64,000 bases of DNA, taken from Planctomycetota bacterium (GTDB lineage Bacteria; Planctomycetota; GCA-002687715; CAIWVZ01). Below the pieces are notes generated by a model. It was not told the DNA's origin and did no database searches. It saw only the letters and a list, made by a program, of their open reading frames with translations. Below are positions 55,083-64,000 of the stretch, in pieces. Each line of letters begins with the position of its first letter. Positions within the stretch are counted from its first letter, which is position 1. The position numbers were made by a program, and so were the translations under genes. The DNA lies in contig JBGANV010000006.1 in NCBI GenBank assembly GCA_044222185.1, positions 288,001 to 352,000 on the forward strand, read 5' to 3'.

Positions 55083-57026
55083 CTGAGCCGAACGCGCTTC
55101 GAAGTTCTTGCCCGCATCGACGCGATCTGCGAGGTGTACGAGGCCGACCTTCGACGAGGCGCCGCACCGTCGATCGAAGCGCTCGCGCGCGGCTGGGAGG
55201 GTCGCGACCGGGATCTCCTCCTTCGGCACCTGCTCGAACTCGAAGCCGACTACCGGGGTCAGAAGGATCCGCCGACGCCGACGCCCTCCGCGGCCGCAGC
55301 GACGATCGGCATCACCTTGCCCAGCGGCGACCGGTTCCACGTCGTGCGCGAGATCGGGCGCGGCGGCATGGGCGTCGTCTATGAAGCGTTCGACCGGGCG
55401 TTCGGGCGCCGCGTCGCGCTCAAGCTCCTGCCGGGATCGATGCAGGCCGACGCCGCGCACGTCGCCCGTTTCCGCCGCGAGGCTCGGGCCGCAGCCCGCC
55501 TGCACCACGAGAACATCGTCCCGGTTTTCGAGGTGGGGGCTGGCGATACGGGCACGGCGTCCTGGTACAGCATGCTGTTGGTGGACGGCCGTTCGCTTGA
55601 TCAGGTCCTCGCGCTGACGGGCCGTGCCAACACCGCCGCGCCCGACAGTGTGGCGGGGAGCGGAGAAGGATCGGACCCCGATGCGCCCCACCGCGTCGAC
55701 CGCGACTTCTGCGAGTCGTGGCACCGCCACCGTCCACGGTATTTCATCAACGTCGCGCGGATCGGAGTCCAGGTCGCGGATGCCCTCGCCTACGCTCACA
55801 CCGAGGGCGTGGTCCACCGAGACGTGAAGCCGCCGAACCTGCTGCTCGACGGCAGCGGGACCGTCTGGGTGACCGATTTCGGCCTGGCGAAAACGGAGGT
55901 GACGGACATCACGAAGGCGGGAGACGTCCTCGGCACCCTGCGCTACATGGCTCCCGAACGCTTCGCGGGCCGATCGGACGCCCGCGCCGACATCTATGGC
56001 CTCGGCATCGTCCTCTTCGAGCTCCTGACGCTGCAACGCGCATTCGGGGACGGCGACTCGGCCACGGTCATCGGCCGGATCCAGCAGGCTGCGGTGCCGC
56101 GGCCGACGGACGTGGATCCGTCGATCCCGCGGGACCTGGCCCGCGTCGTCGAGAAGGCCATCGCGCGCGATCCGGACCAGCGCTACTCGACGGCCGGCGA
56201 GTTGGGCGCTGACCTCCGACGCTTCCTCGACGGGCGGCCCGTCACCGCTGAGCGTGTGTCGCCCCTGCGGGCGTTCGGCCTCTGGGCGCGTCGCCATGGG
56301 TCGCTCGCTTTCGGGATCGGCGTCGCTTCGCTCGTGGTGGTCGCGTTGCTGGCGGGCACCATCGGCGTGGCATCGTCGTTCCGGCGCGAACGGGACCGCG
56401 AGAAAGCCCTCCGTCAGGAGTCGGAGCGCACGCGCATCGCGCTGTCGAGTGCGATGTACGCCCGCGAGGTCTTCCTGGCTGGAATCGACGTGCGGGAGGT
56501 GGGCGGGCGCGCGCGCATGCGCTCCAAACTGGATGCAGCCGCAGCGCTGGCGGCATCCGCCGGGTTGCCCCGCGGGTGGGAGTGGTTCTGGCTCGATGGC
56601 GTGGCGTGGGGCGAACGGCTGACGAGGGACGAGCCCGCGACGCGCCCACCCCTGCCGGTGCTTCCGATCCGCCCAGCCGCGGCGGACGCAGCCGTCGCGA
56701 GCCCGGACGGCCGTCTCGAGGCCGTCATCGCCCCCGACGATTCGATCCACCTCGTCGATCGCAGCACGCACGCAACCCTTCGCGTGTTGTCGGGGCACAC
56801 CCGCATGGTTCGCTGCGTCGCCTGGCATCCCCGAGAAGCGCGACTGGCGTCGATCGGAGACGACGCATTCGTGCGCCTCTGGGATTCGGAGTCGGGCGCC
56901 GAGTTGCTCGCGCTGGTGCTTCCGGCATCTGGCGTCTCCGTCGCGTGGAGCGAGGACGGCCGCGAACTCACCGCGCGCTGCGACGACGGCGCTCTCCGGC
57001 ACTGGCGCGCACCGCCGCCGAAATGA
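55083..57026 (+). CDS. Ser/Thr protein kinase with TM and short WD40 region
   Basis: GRGGMG, VALK, HRDVKPPN, DFG, GTLRYMAPE; GH...VRLWD repeats; start CTG 55083 inferred, otherwise GTG 55134. Confidence 0.9.
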   Translation: MSRTRFEVLARIDAICEVYEADLRRGAAPSIEALARGWEGRDRDLLLRHLLELEADYRGQKDPPTPTPSAAAATIGITLPSGDRFHVVREIGRGGMGVVYEAFDRAFGRRVALKLLPGSMQADAAHVARFRREARAAARLHHENIVPVFEVGAGDTGTASWYSMLLVDGRSLDQVLALTGRANTAAPDSVAGSGEGSDPDAPHRVDRDFCESWHRHRPRYFINVARIGVQVADALAYAHTEGVVHRDVKPPNLLLDGSGTVWVTDFGLAKTEVTDITKAGDVLGTLRYMAPERFAGRSDARADIYGLGIVLFELLTLQRAFGDGDSATVIGRIQQAAVPRPTDVDPSIPRDLARVVEKAIARDPDQRYSTAGELGADLRRFLDGRPVTAERVSPLRAFGLWARRHGSLAFGIGVASLVVVALLAGTIGVASSFRRERDREKALRQESERTRIALSSAMYAREVFLAGIDVREVGGRARMRSKLDAAAALAASAGLPRGWEWFWLDGVAWGERLTRDEPATRPPLPVLPIRPAAADAAVASPDGRLEAVIAPDDSIHLVDRSTHATLRVLSGHTRMVRCVAWHPREARLASIGDDAFVRLWDSESGAELLALVLPASGVSVAWSEDGRELTARCDDGALRHWRAPPPK

Positions 57027-57030
57027 GAAC

Positions 57031-57060
57031 GGGCGCGACGGATCGAAATCCGCCGCGCCC
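57031..57060. terminator. GC-rich hairpin between convergent genes
   Basis: GGGCGCGACGGAT-CGAA-ATCCGCCGCGCCC, 12 of 13 bp paired; no U tract. Confidence 0.55.
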
Positions 57061-57124
57061 GCCGACGTGCCACCGTTGCGTACCCCCGATCCGGCGGCCG
57101 TCGTCTTCTCCTGATCTCCTTCCC

Positions 57125-58939
57125 TCAGTTGAACGTGAAGCGGTTGACCGGCGTCACGACCATGTCGAAGGCCGGCGCGGTGACGATCCCGACGCCCATG
57201 AAGTCCAGCGTGGTGCCGACGGGGAGCGACGCGCCCACGAGCGTCCCCGTGGGATAGAGCGCCGGGGCGACCGGGTAGGTCCAGTGGAAGACGTTCCCCG
57301 GACCCGCGGGCACCGCGATGATGGCGAACGTCAGGGCGTCCGGGTTCAGGCCGAGACCGGGGCCGAATCCCGTCGGGAGAGACGTGTCGAAGCTCACGAG
57401 GGTGTAGCCCTCGCTGACGTTGGCCGGCACACCCGACAGCGACAGGCTCAGCGGCCCGCCACCCGCCACGTTCGACGCGACGACGCGGAACGGCGTGCGG
57501 AAGACGTCCGCGAAGCCGGCGTTGCCGCCGAACGACGTGCCGTTGTTGCCGCCCGTCGAGTCCGTGAAGTTGCCGTCCATGTGGTACGACGCCGCGAGGC
57601 CGTACACGTTGTCGAGCGTGGCGTCCATGTTGTTGGCGATGGCCGCACCCGTCCGGGCCACGGTCCACACGCGGACTTCATCGATGATGGCGTCGACCAC
57701 GGACCCCGTGAAGAGCGCATGCCGGCCGATGCCCATCGGATCCGACGACTGGCGCACGAGCTGGCCGAGCAGGGGCGTCGGCGAGTTGATCTGCGTCGTG
57801 CTGGCGGCGACGAGCAGGCCATTGACGTAGAGCCTGATGGCTCCCTCGGACGCCGAGTAGGTGCCCGCGACGTGGTACCAGGTGGACAGGGTCACGGGCG
57901 TCGACGATTGCACCAGGGCCCACCCGCATGGGCCGGCCGGACCAGTGAAGACGCTGAAGGCGAAGACTCCGCTGCTCAGGCTCAATTCCCAGCTCCGCGC
58001 CGTCGTGCAGGCGACCCCGTCGCCCTTTTCCACGATGTAGCCGCTGCTCGTGCCCGTCGGCATGACCCACGCCTCGACGGTCATCTCGGTCGCGTTCATG
58101 AGGCTCGCCGCGCTCGGCACCTGGGCGCCGTTGCCCGGGTTGGTGAAGAACGCCTTGTTCGGGACGTCCCAGCCAGCCGTGGCGGAGTACGTTGCGCCGT
58201 TCAGCAATGCCGCGTGATTCGTTCCGATGGTGTCGAGTCCATTTCCGTTGAAGTTGACGGACGTCACGAGGCCCGGCGATGAGAACGTGATTTCGGCGTC
58301 GATCGTGCCGCGGATCTGCGCCTGGGTGCGCGCGACGTTCCAGACGCGCAGCGCGTCGACTTCCCCGCCCAACATGTTCGGGCCACCAGCGATCGGCCCG
58401 ATCGTGCCGACGCGAACCGCCTGTGACGACTGGCGGAGTGTGTGGCCGGCCATGGGTGCCCCGGCTGGATTGTGGAGCGTCGTCTGGGATTCGAGCAGGA
58501 CGCCGTCGAGGTAGATGCTGGCGATGCCCGGCGAGCTGGCGTAGGTCAGCGCGACGTGATGCCACGTGTTGGCCGTCACCTTCTTCGTCGACGAGTTGAG
58601 GAACCGAGCCTCGCCGGAAGCGGCCGTCCCGAAGAGGAGGAGCGCCTCGATCCGCCCGTCAGCCGCGAGGAGGATGTCGTAGGCGCGATCGGTGAAGATG
58701 CTGCCGCCGTCGCCCTTCGTGACGAGCCACTTGGAGACGCCGATCTGGTTGGTCTTGAACCAGAACTCCACGGTGAAGGCCGTCGGATTCTGCAGCCCGG
58801 CGGCGGAGGGGATGCTGGCGAGATCGTTGGCCCCGTCCAGGAGGAGGGCCTGGTTCTGGGCCTGGGTCGTCGCGACGACCCCGCAGAAGGCGAGTGCGAA
58901 TGCGAGTGACATCGAACGACGGGATGTGACTGCGGACAT
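57125..58939 (-). CDS. Secreted protein with two LamG/concanavalin-like domains and C-terminal beta domain
   Basis: FTVEFWFK...WHHVALTY...YLDG...DALRVWNVART, repeated; signal peptide ending TQA-Q. Confidence 0.9.
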   Translation of the reverse strand: MSAVTSRRSMSLAFALAFCGVVATTQAQNQALLLDGANDLASIPSAAGLQNPTAFTVEFWFKTNQIGVSKWLVTKGDGGSIFTDRAYDILLAADGRIEALLLFGTAASGEARFLNSSTKKVTANTWHHVALTYASSPGIASIYLDGVLLESQTTLHNPAGAPMAGHTLRQSSQAVRVGTIGPIAGGPNMLGGEVDALRVWNVARTQAQIRGTIDAEITFSSPGLVTSVNFNGNGLDTIGTNHAALLNGATYSATAGWDVPNKAFFTNPGNGAQVPSAASLMNATEMTVEAWVMPTGTSSGYIVEKGDGVACTTARSWELSLSSGVFAFSVFTGPAGPCGWALVQSSTPVTLSTWYHVAGTYSASEGAIRLYVNGLLVAASTTQINSPTPLLGQLVRQSSDPMGIGRHALFTGSVVDAIIDEVRVWTVARTGAAIANNMDATLDNVYGLAASYHMDGNFTDSTGGNNGTSFGGNAGFADVFRTPFRVVASNVAGGGPLSLSLSGVPANVSEGYTLVSFDTSLPTGFGPGLGLNPDALTFAIIAVPAGPGNVFHWTYPVAPALYPTGTLVGASLPVGTTLDFMGVGIVTAPAFDMVVTPVNRFTFN

Positions 58940-59173
58940 AGGGATTCCTTTCCTCGAACGGACCATGCGTGGGAACCAGCCCGGGAACATCGGCGTCGGT
59001 GGCGACGGCCACGGTGGCACGCGCCATCCGGGACGCCCTGCGGGCCGGACACCCCTTCCTCACGCACGGGGGCGATCACCCCTCATGCGGCATGGATCTT
59101 TCGCGGCACCGGCTCCTTGGCGCTGGTGCGGAATCCCGTCGATCTGGCCGGCACGGCGGTGCCGAGCGGTCGA

Positions 59174-61687
59174 TCAGAGGCTCAGGATGGTCATGGGTTC
59201 GAGGTTCGTCAGACGGCCCGCCGCCGGAATCCAGGCCTGGCAGTAGATCGTCACGCCCACGTAGCTCGCGCCCGCGGGGACGATGGCTCCGAACGTGGCA
59301 GGACCATTCGCCGGGATGAACCCCGTCGTCGTGAATCCGAGGAGGTTCGGGTCGACCAGCAACGTGCCGGCGCTCCCGAGCGGAGTCGACACCGATCCGC
59401 CGGACGCTGCGAGCAGGTAGGCGGCGTTCGGCGGTCCGAAGATCTCGAGCGAGGCCGGGCGCCCGGGTCGCGGCAGGTCTCCGCGGGAGAGGTGGCGCAG
59501 CGTGTTGGAGTAGATCCGGCCGGTGCCAAGGAGGATGTCGAGATCTCCGTCCCTGTCGAGGTCGAGGACGTCGGGAGCGCGGAGTCCGAAGGGCGTTGCG
59601 GGCGGCACTGCCACCGTCGCGGCACCGGAGCCGCTTCCGAAAGTCTGCGGTGGGGCGAACGTGAGGTTGCCCAGGGTCTGGACCCACGCCGCGTTGCCGA
59701 TGACGTCCAAGTCCCCATCCTCGTCGACGTCGGCCAATCGGATTCGACCAAGGTCGCCGCCGAGGATGTTCCAAGCGAGCGCGAACGTCCCACTGCCGAC
59801 GTTGCGCCAGACCTGCCCGCCGAAGACGGCGTCGTTGTCTCCATCGCCATCGAGATCGCCGACGGCGACGCCGACTGCGGTGCCGGGCGCGAAACTCGTC
59901 GACTGGACGAAGACGCCTCCGCCGAGGTTCACGAAGAGACGGCTTTGGGTCGCGAGGCTTCCGGCGGCATCGGCTTCGAAGATGTCGAGGTCCCCGTCAC
60001 CATCCGCATCGCCGAGCGCGAGGTCACCCGCGAACGTGTTGGCTCCAGGTAGGAGCGCCGGTGTCCACGCGGTCCCGCCGTTCCCGTTCCAGAGGATCAT
60101 GCAGGGGACCGCCGGGGAGCCATTGTAGAAATACGGCCTCCGCGCGAGCGCGAGGTCGAGGTCCCCGTCCCCATCGAGATCTCCGGCGTGCGCCGTCCAC
60201 GTGTCCCCGCCTGCTGGAATCGTCGCTGCGAGACTCCACGTCCCACCGGAGTTCACGAAGTACTCGCTCACCGTTCCGAACGCCGGACCCGGCTTCATCA
60301 CGTCGAGGTCTCCGTCGCCGTCCGCATCGAACGCGATCCAGTCCGTCACCCCGAGGGAGGTCGGTATGGTTTGCGGACCCAGCTGGAATCTCGCGTTGCC
60401 GTCGTTCATCCCGGTCACGAGCTGCGTCGTGCCCGCGGAGGCCGTGAGGGCGAGGACATCGGGGGTGCCGTCGGCGTTCAGATCACCGAAACCATGGGCC
60501 CCGACGAATGACGGCGGCATGGCCTGGACGTGGGGTACGAGCGCGTTCTGACCGGTATTGAAGTACACCTCCTGCCGGAACGCGAGGAATGCGATGTCGA
60601 TGTCGCCGTCGCCGTCGAAGTCGCCGCGCGCGACCGACGCTGGTAGTCCCGATGCCTGGAGCGAGAGCGTCTGGATGGGTGCGGAGACCGCCCCGCTGGG
60701 GCTCACGAGGCGCAGATCGAGAGCCGCGCCTGCGCTCGTCACCAAGTCCGGGCGCCCGTCGCCGTCCAGGTCCACGGGTAGGAGGATCGCTGGAGATCCC
60801 GCAAGAGCGAGGAACGTACTCGCGAAGACGCCGCCCGGCCGCGTGAGCTGCACCTCGATGCCGTTCCCAGCGAGCGACGACTGGCGGGCGATCACCAGAT
60901 CCAAGAACCCGTCCCCATCGCAGTCGGCGACCGCGGCCTCCCGGCACCCGATCGCGGTGCCGAGGTTCGTGGGAGCGTACGCGAAGGTCCCTGCCGTGTT
61001 GACGGCGACCAGGCGCGCGGTTGCGGTGTATTCGGCGTTGAGTCCGACGACATCCAGATCGCCGTCGTGATCGATGTCGAGGAGGTGGACGATGCCGGCG
61101 AGGGGAGGCGTGGACGGCAGGCTCGTCGGAGCGTTCGTGAACGTCGCACTTCCGTTGTTGAGCCAGAGTGCCGCAGGCAACGGGATGTAGTTGTGGGGGG
61201 ACTGTGCGATCAACGAGAGGACCAGGTCCTGGTCGCCGTCGCCGTCGACGTCACCCGCGGCGATCGACACGACGACCGCGCCGAGCGCCAGCGTCGGTCC
61301 CGGGGTTGCCGCCGCGAAGAATCCGCCGCCGGTGTTCCGGAACATGAGAACGGTCCCCTGGCTGCTGAAGCCCACGAGGTCGAGACTGCCGTTTCCGTCC
61401 AGGTCGACGGCGCGGACTGCGCCGCTCCGGGCGAAGCCGAATGACGGGCTTCCGGACACGGCGGTGAACCGTGCCTGGCCGTCGTTGAGGTGGACTCCGC
61501 TGCTGCACACGAGGTCCTGGTCGCCGTCGCCGTCCACGTCGAAGGAGATGAGGGGCGCGCCGGCCTCAGCCGTCAGGGGTTCCTCGAGGGCACGAAAGAG
61601 CGGCGACTGAGCCGGCAAGTGCGCGCCGAGGACTCCGAGGGCGAGGAATGCGACAAGTCCGAGGATCGTCTTCGAGAGGGCCCGCAT
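59174..61687 (-). CDS. Secreted FG-GAP/VCBS repeat protein with C-terminal beta domain
   Basis: About 14 DxDGDGDxD repeats; signal peptide ending LPA-Q. Confidence 0.92.
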   Translation of the reverse strand: MRALSKTILGLVAFLALGVLGAHLPAQSPLFRALEEPLTAEAGAPLISFDVDGDGDQDLVCSSGVHLNDGQARFTAVSGSPSFGFARSGAVRAVDLDGNGSLDLVGFSSQGTVLMFRNTGGGFFAAATPGPTLALGAVVVSIAAGDVDGDGDQDLVLSLIAQSPHNYIPLPAALWLNNGSATFTNAPTSLPSTPPLAGIVHLLDIDHDGDLDVVGLNAEYTATARLVAVNTAGTFAYAPTNLGTAIGCREAAVADCDGDGFLDLVIARQSSLAGNGIEVQLTRPGGVFASTFLALAGSPAILLPVDLDGDGRPDLVTSAGAALDLRLVSPSGAVSAPIQTLSLQASGLPASVARGDFDGDGDIDIAFLAFRQEVYFNTGQNALVPHVQAMPPSFVGAHGFGDLNADGTPDVLALTASAGTTQLVTGMNDGNARFQLGPQTIPTSLGVTDWIAFDADGDGDLDVMKPGPAFGTVSEYFVNSGGTWSLAATIPAGGDTWTAHAGDLDGDGDLDLALARRPYFYNGSPAVPCMILWNGNGGTAWTPALLPGANTFAGDLALGDADGDGDLDIFEADAAGSLATQSRLFVNLGGGVFVQSTSFAPGTAVGVAVGDLDGDGDNDAVFGGQVWRNVGSGTFALAWNILGGDLGRIRLADVDEDGDLDVIGNAAWVQTLGNLTFAPPQTFGSGSGAATVAVPPATPFGLRAPDVLDLDRDGDLDILLGTGRIYSNTLRHLSRGDLPRPGRPASLEIFGPPNAAYLLAASGGSVSTPLGSAGTLLVDPNLLGFTTTGFIPANGPATFGAIVPAGASYVGVTIYCQAWIPAAGRLTNLEPMTILSL

Positions 61688-61979
61688 GGTTCACCTGTCG
61701 GCGCCGTGAGCAACCGCGGTGCCGCGGGGGTTTTCCCGCGAATCCAGGCAGCCTCCGTTCCAAGGGCGTTACCCGGGCGTAGCTTTCGACCCCGCGGCCC
61801 GCGTGGCGCCGCCGGCTGGCGCACCGAGGACGCGGTCGGGCCGTCCGATTTCGTCAGGGCGCCGTTCTCGGAACGGCCCCGATTTCGTCTCCGCCCGGTA
61901 ATCCCCGGCCGGAAGCCACACGGTGTGTGGTCCGAGAAACACCCCCGAAAAGCGTCCCAAACCCACGGAGACAAACATC

Positions 61980-62585
61980 ATGGATGCCGGAACCCCCGAC
62001 CCGGAAACCCACGGAACCGAGACCGTGACCGACTGGATCGTCCGCCTGAAGCAGGGCGACGCCTCGGCTGCCCGCCAGATCTGGAACCGCTACTTCGATC
62101 GGTTGACCAAGCTCGCCGAGCGGCGCCTCCTCGGCGCGGCCACGGCGCTGCCCGCGGGCGACGACGTCGCACTCGAATCCCTGAACGCACTCTTCGAGGG
62201 CGCCCAGGCCGGCCGATTCACGCGCCTCGACGATCGCGATGATCTCTGGCAGGTCCTGACCCTCATCGCGTGTCGCCGCGCGTCGAACGCCCGCCGTTCC
62301 GCCCGAGCGCGCAAGGACGTGGCCGCGTCAGCTTCGGGCGTGGATCTGGAGATGTTCTCCGGCGGACTCGCCCCCGTGGTCGACACGGAGCCCAACGATC
62401 AATGGCTCGGTGGAATCACGGCCGCGTGTTCCGAACTCCTGGGTCTCCTCGACGTGAAGCTGAAGCGGATCGCCATCTCGCGCCTCCAGGGCTACACGAA
62501 CATGGAGATCGCCACGCAGCGTGCCTGTTCCGTGAAGAGCGTCGAGCGCTACATGCGGATGATCCGCGAGCGGTGGGCTGATTGA
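61980..62585 (+). CDS. ECF sigma factor (Planctomycete kinase-associated type)
   Basis: VTDWI..LKQGD..AA.QIWNRYF..L, DDVAL, DRDDLWQVL, GYTNMEIA...SVERY; GGAG RBS. Confidence 0.9.
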   Translation: MDAGTPDPETHGTETVTDWIVRLKQGDASAARQIWNRYFDRLTKLAERRLLGAATALPAGDDVALESLNALFEGAQAGRFTRLDDRDDLWQVLTLIACRRASNARRSARARKDVAASASGVDLEMFSGGLAPVVDTEPNDQWLGGITAACSELLGLLDVKLKRIAISRLQGYTNMEIATQRACSVKSVERYMRMIRERWAD

Positions 62586-62604
62586 GGCGTCGCGCCCCGC
62601 GGCC

Positions 62605-63504
62605 TCACCACCGCGAGCGGTCGATGTCGTCGTACTCGTAGCCGAAGCGCCGCGCGCTCGGCCGTCGCCGGGAGAGGGCTGCGTGCCAGATCGGGCTCGT
62701 CGGGAACAGGCGAATGAGGATGAACCCCGCGAGGAACCCGCCGATGTGGGCCCACCACGCGACGCCACCGCTCCCGCTGGGGGAGAGGAAGCTCATCAGG
62801 ACCTGCTCACCGAGGTAGATCACGAGGTAGAGGATGGCCGGCAGGTGCATCGTCGTCCAGAAGCCGAGAAGCGGTACGACGGTGAGGACCTGCGCCCGCG
62901 GGAAGCGGAGTGCGAACCCGCCCATCACTCCCGCGATGGCGCCCGACGCGCCCAGGAACACGACGATCGATCCCAGGTCCGTGAGCAAGTGGGCCGCCGA
63001 CGCCGCGAGCCCGCACGCGAGATAGAACGCGGCGAACCCGAGCTTGCCGAGGAGGTCCTCGACGCTGGCGCCGAACACCCAGAGGAACCACATGTTCCCG
63101 AGGAGATGCAGCCATCCGGCGTGCATGAACATGGACGTGAGGAGCGTGAGCCACGGGTGGATCCGCGGCGAGACGGCACGCAGCCCGATGAACCCGCGGT
63201 ATTGGTAACGGGGGCCGTCGGACGTCCGCGAGACCGTGATCTCGCTCACGTCGACGCGCGGGTCGTAGGGAATCACTTCGCCCTTGCCCGTGATCGCCGC
63301 GACGGGCGTGCCCGCCGCCATCAACACCGTCAGGTCCGGATGGCTGAGCGTGTACGGGATCGTCGCGTACTCGTACATGTGCCGCTGGAACGCGGCGTCG
63401 CCGCCCGACTTCATCGCGAGGAAGACCGCGAGGTTCAGTCCGACGATGAGCCAGGTGACGACCGGGCGCGAGTAGACGGGATTTTCAGCGCGGATCGGGA
63501 ACAC
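62605..63504 (-). CDS. Rhomboid family intramembrane serine protease
   Basis: HAGWLHLLGNM, GASG, WWAHIGG; GTG start (MFPIR). Confidence 0.92.
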   Translation of the reverse strand: MFPIRAENPVYSRPVVTWLIVGLNLAVFLAMKSGGDAAFQRHMYEYATIPYTLSHPDLTVLMAAGTPVAAITGKGEVIPYDPRVDVSEITVSRTSDGPRYQYRGFIGLRAVSPRIHPWLTLLTSMFMHAGWLHLLGNMWFLWVFGASVEDLLGKLGFAAFYLACGLAASAAHLLTDLGSIVVFLGASGAIAGVMGGFALRFPRAQVLTVVPLLGFWTTMHLPAILYLVIYLGEQVLMSFLSPSGSGGVAWWAHIGGFLAGFILIRLFPTSPIWHAALSRRRPSARRFGYEYDDIDRSRW

Positions 63505-63561
63505 GATGCGGGCACGGTACGCGCTTGGCGCCAGGGCGCGAAGCCCGAGCGCCGCGCGCAC

Positions 63562-64000
63562 TCAGTTCCGTGGCGGGCGCGTCTTCACGAGTGCCTCGAC
63601 CACACCCGGGTCGGCGAGCGTCGTCGTGTCTCCCAACTCCTCGTTCTGACCTTCGGCGATCTTGCGGAGGATCCGGCGCATGATCTTCCCCGACCGCGTC
63701 TTCGGCAGGCCCGGTGCGACGTGGATGACGTCGGGCGCGGCGAACGCGCCGATCGACTTGCGTACGAGCTGAATCAGTTCGGTCGTCAGCTCGGGTCGCG
63801 TGGGGACCCCCGCCTTCAGCAGCACGTAGGCGTAGATCGCCTGCCCCTTGATGGCGTGCGGCATGCCGACGACGGCGGCTTCCACCACTTCCGGGTGGAC
63901 GACGAGCGCGCTCTCGACCTCGGCGGTGCCGATCCGGTGGCCGGAGACGTTCAGCACGTCGTCGACGCGGCCCGTGATCCAGTAGTAGCCGTCGTGATCG
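63562..64000 (-). CDS. acs: Acetyl-CoA synthetase, C-terminal part
   Basis: [42 protein letters not shown]. Confidence 0.93.
   Translation of the reverse strand, partial: DHDGYYWITGRVDDVLNVSGHRIGTAEVESALVVHPEVVEAAVVGMPHAIKGQAIYAYVLLKAGVPTRPELTTELIQLVRKSIGAFAAPDVIHVAPGLPKTRSGKIMRRILRKIAEGQNEELGDTTTLADPGVVEALVKTRPPRN

Noticed and set aside
55008-57668. 886-aa minus-strand ORF
   Set aside because: Arg/Ala-rich shadow across the kinase and an off-frame part of the LamG gene
59500-61550. Recurring gtcgccgtcgccgtc-like nucleotide repeats as a CRISPR or tandem array
   Set aside because: They encode the DxDGDGD FG-GAP motifs; irregular spacing and synonymous variation
61949-62020. Short direct repeat AAACCCACGGA around the ECF start
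   Set aside because: Two copies only, one within coding sequence; insufficient evidence of function

Overview
High-GC bacterial chromosomal window with about 57 credible CDS. Gene content (ECF sigma factors next to Ser/Thr kinases with FGE or WD40 domains, Tat-exported Gfo/Idh/MocA oxidoreductases, carboxypeptidase-regulatory repeat and FG-GAP proteins) suggests Planctomycetota; this is an inference. Housekeeping genes include korAB, pilT, apbE, an htrA-like protease, partial acs, two rhomboids, MFS and ABC transporters. No rRNA, intact tRNA or CRISPR array was seen. Best leads: (1) an EF-P paralog whose PGKG loop and KGDT loop are both replaced (KNDRR, KGQN), preceded by a 24-aa hydrophobic sORF; (2) an apbE / FGE-fold / two Tat-oxidoreductase cluster in which the FGE-fold protein carries DAISRPS, a possible non-canonical flavinylation site; (3) a recurring ~100-125 aa C-terminal domain on five otherwise unrelated secreted proteins, a candidate sorting or anchoring module; (4) an intact tyrosine-recombinase homolog lacking its catalytic His/His/Tyr; (5) a pilZ / pilT / degenerate DUF4388-PilT / Mre11-like / membrane-hairpin Rad50-like / paired basic-protein cluster; (6) a decaying accessory islet with a chimeric tRNA-Arg fragment and two broken toxin-antitoxin modules. 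All family calls come from motif recognition by eye, and start codons were chosen manually; no database searches were run.
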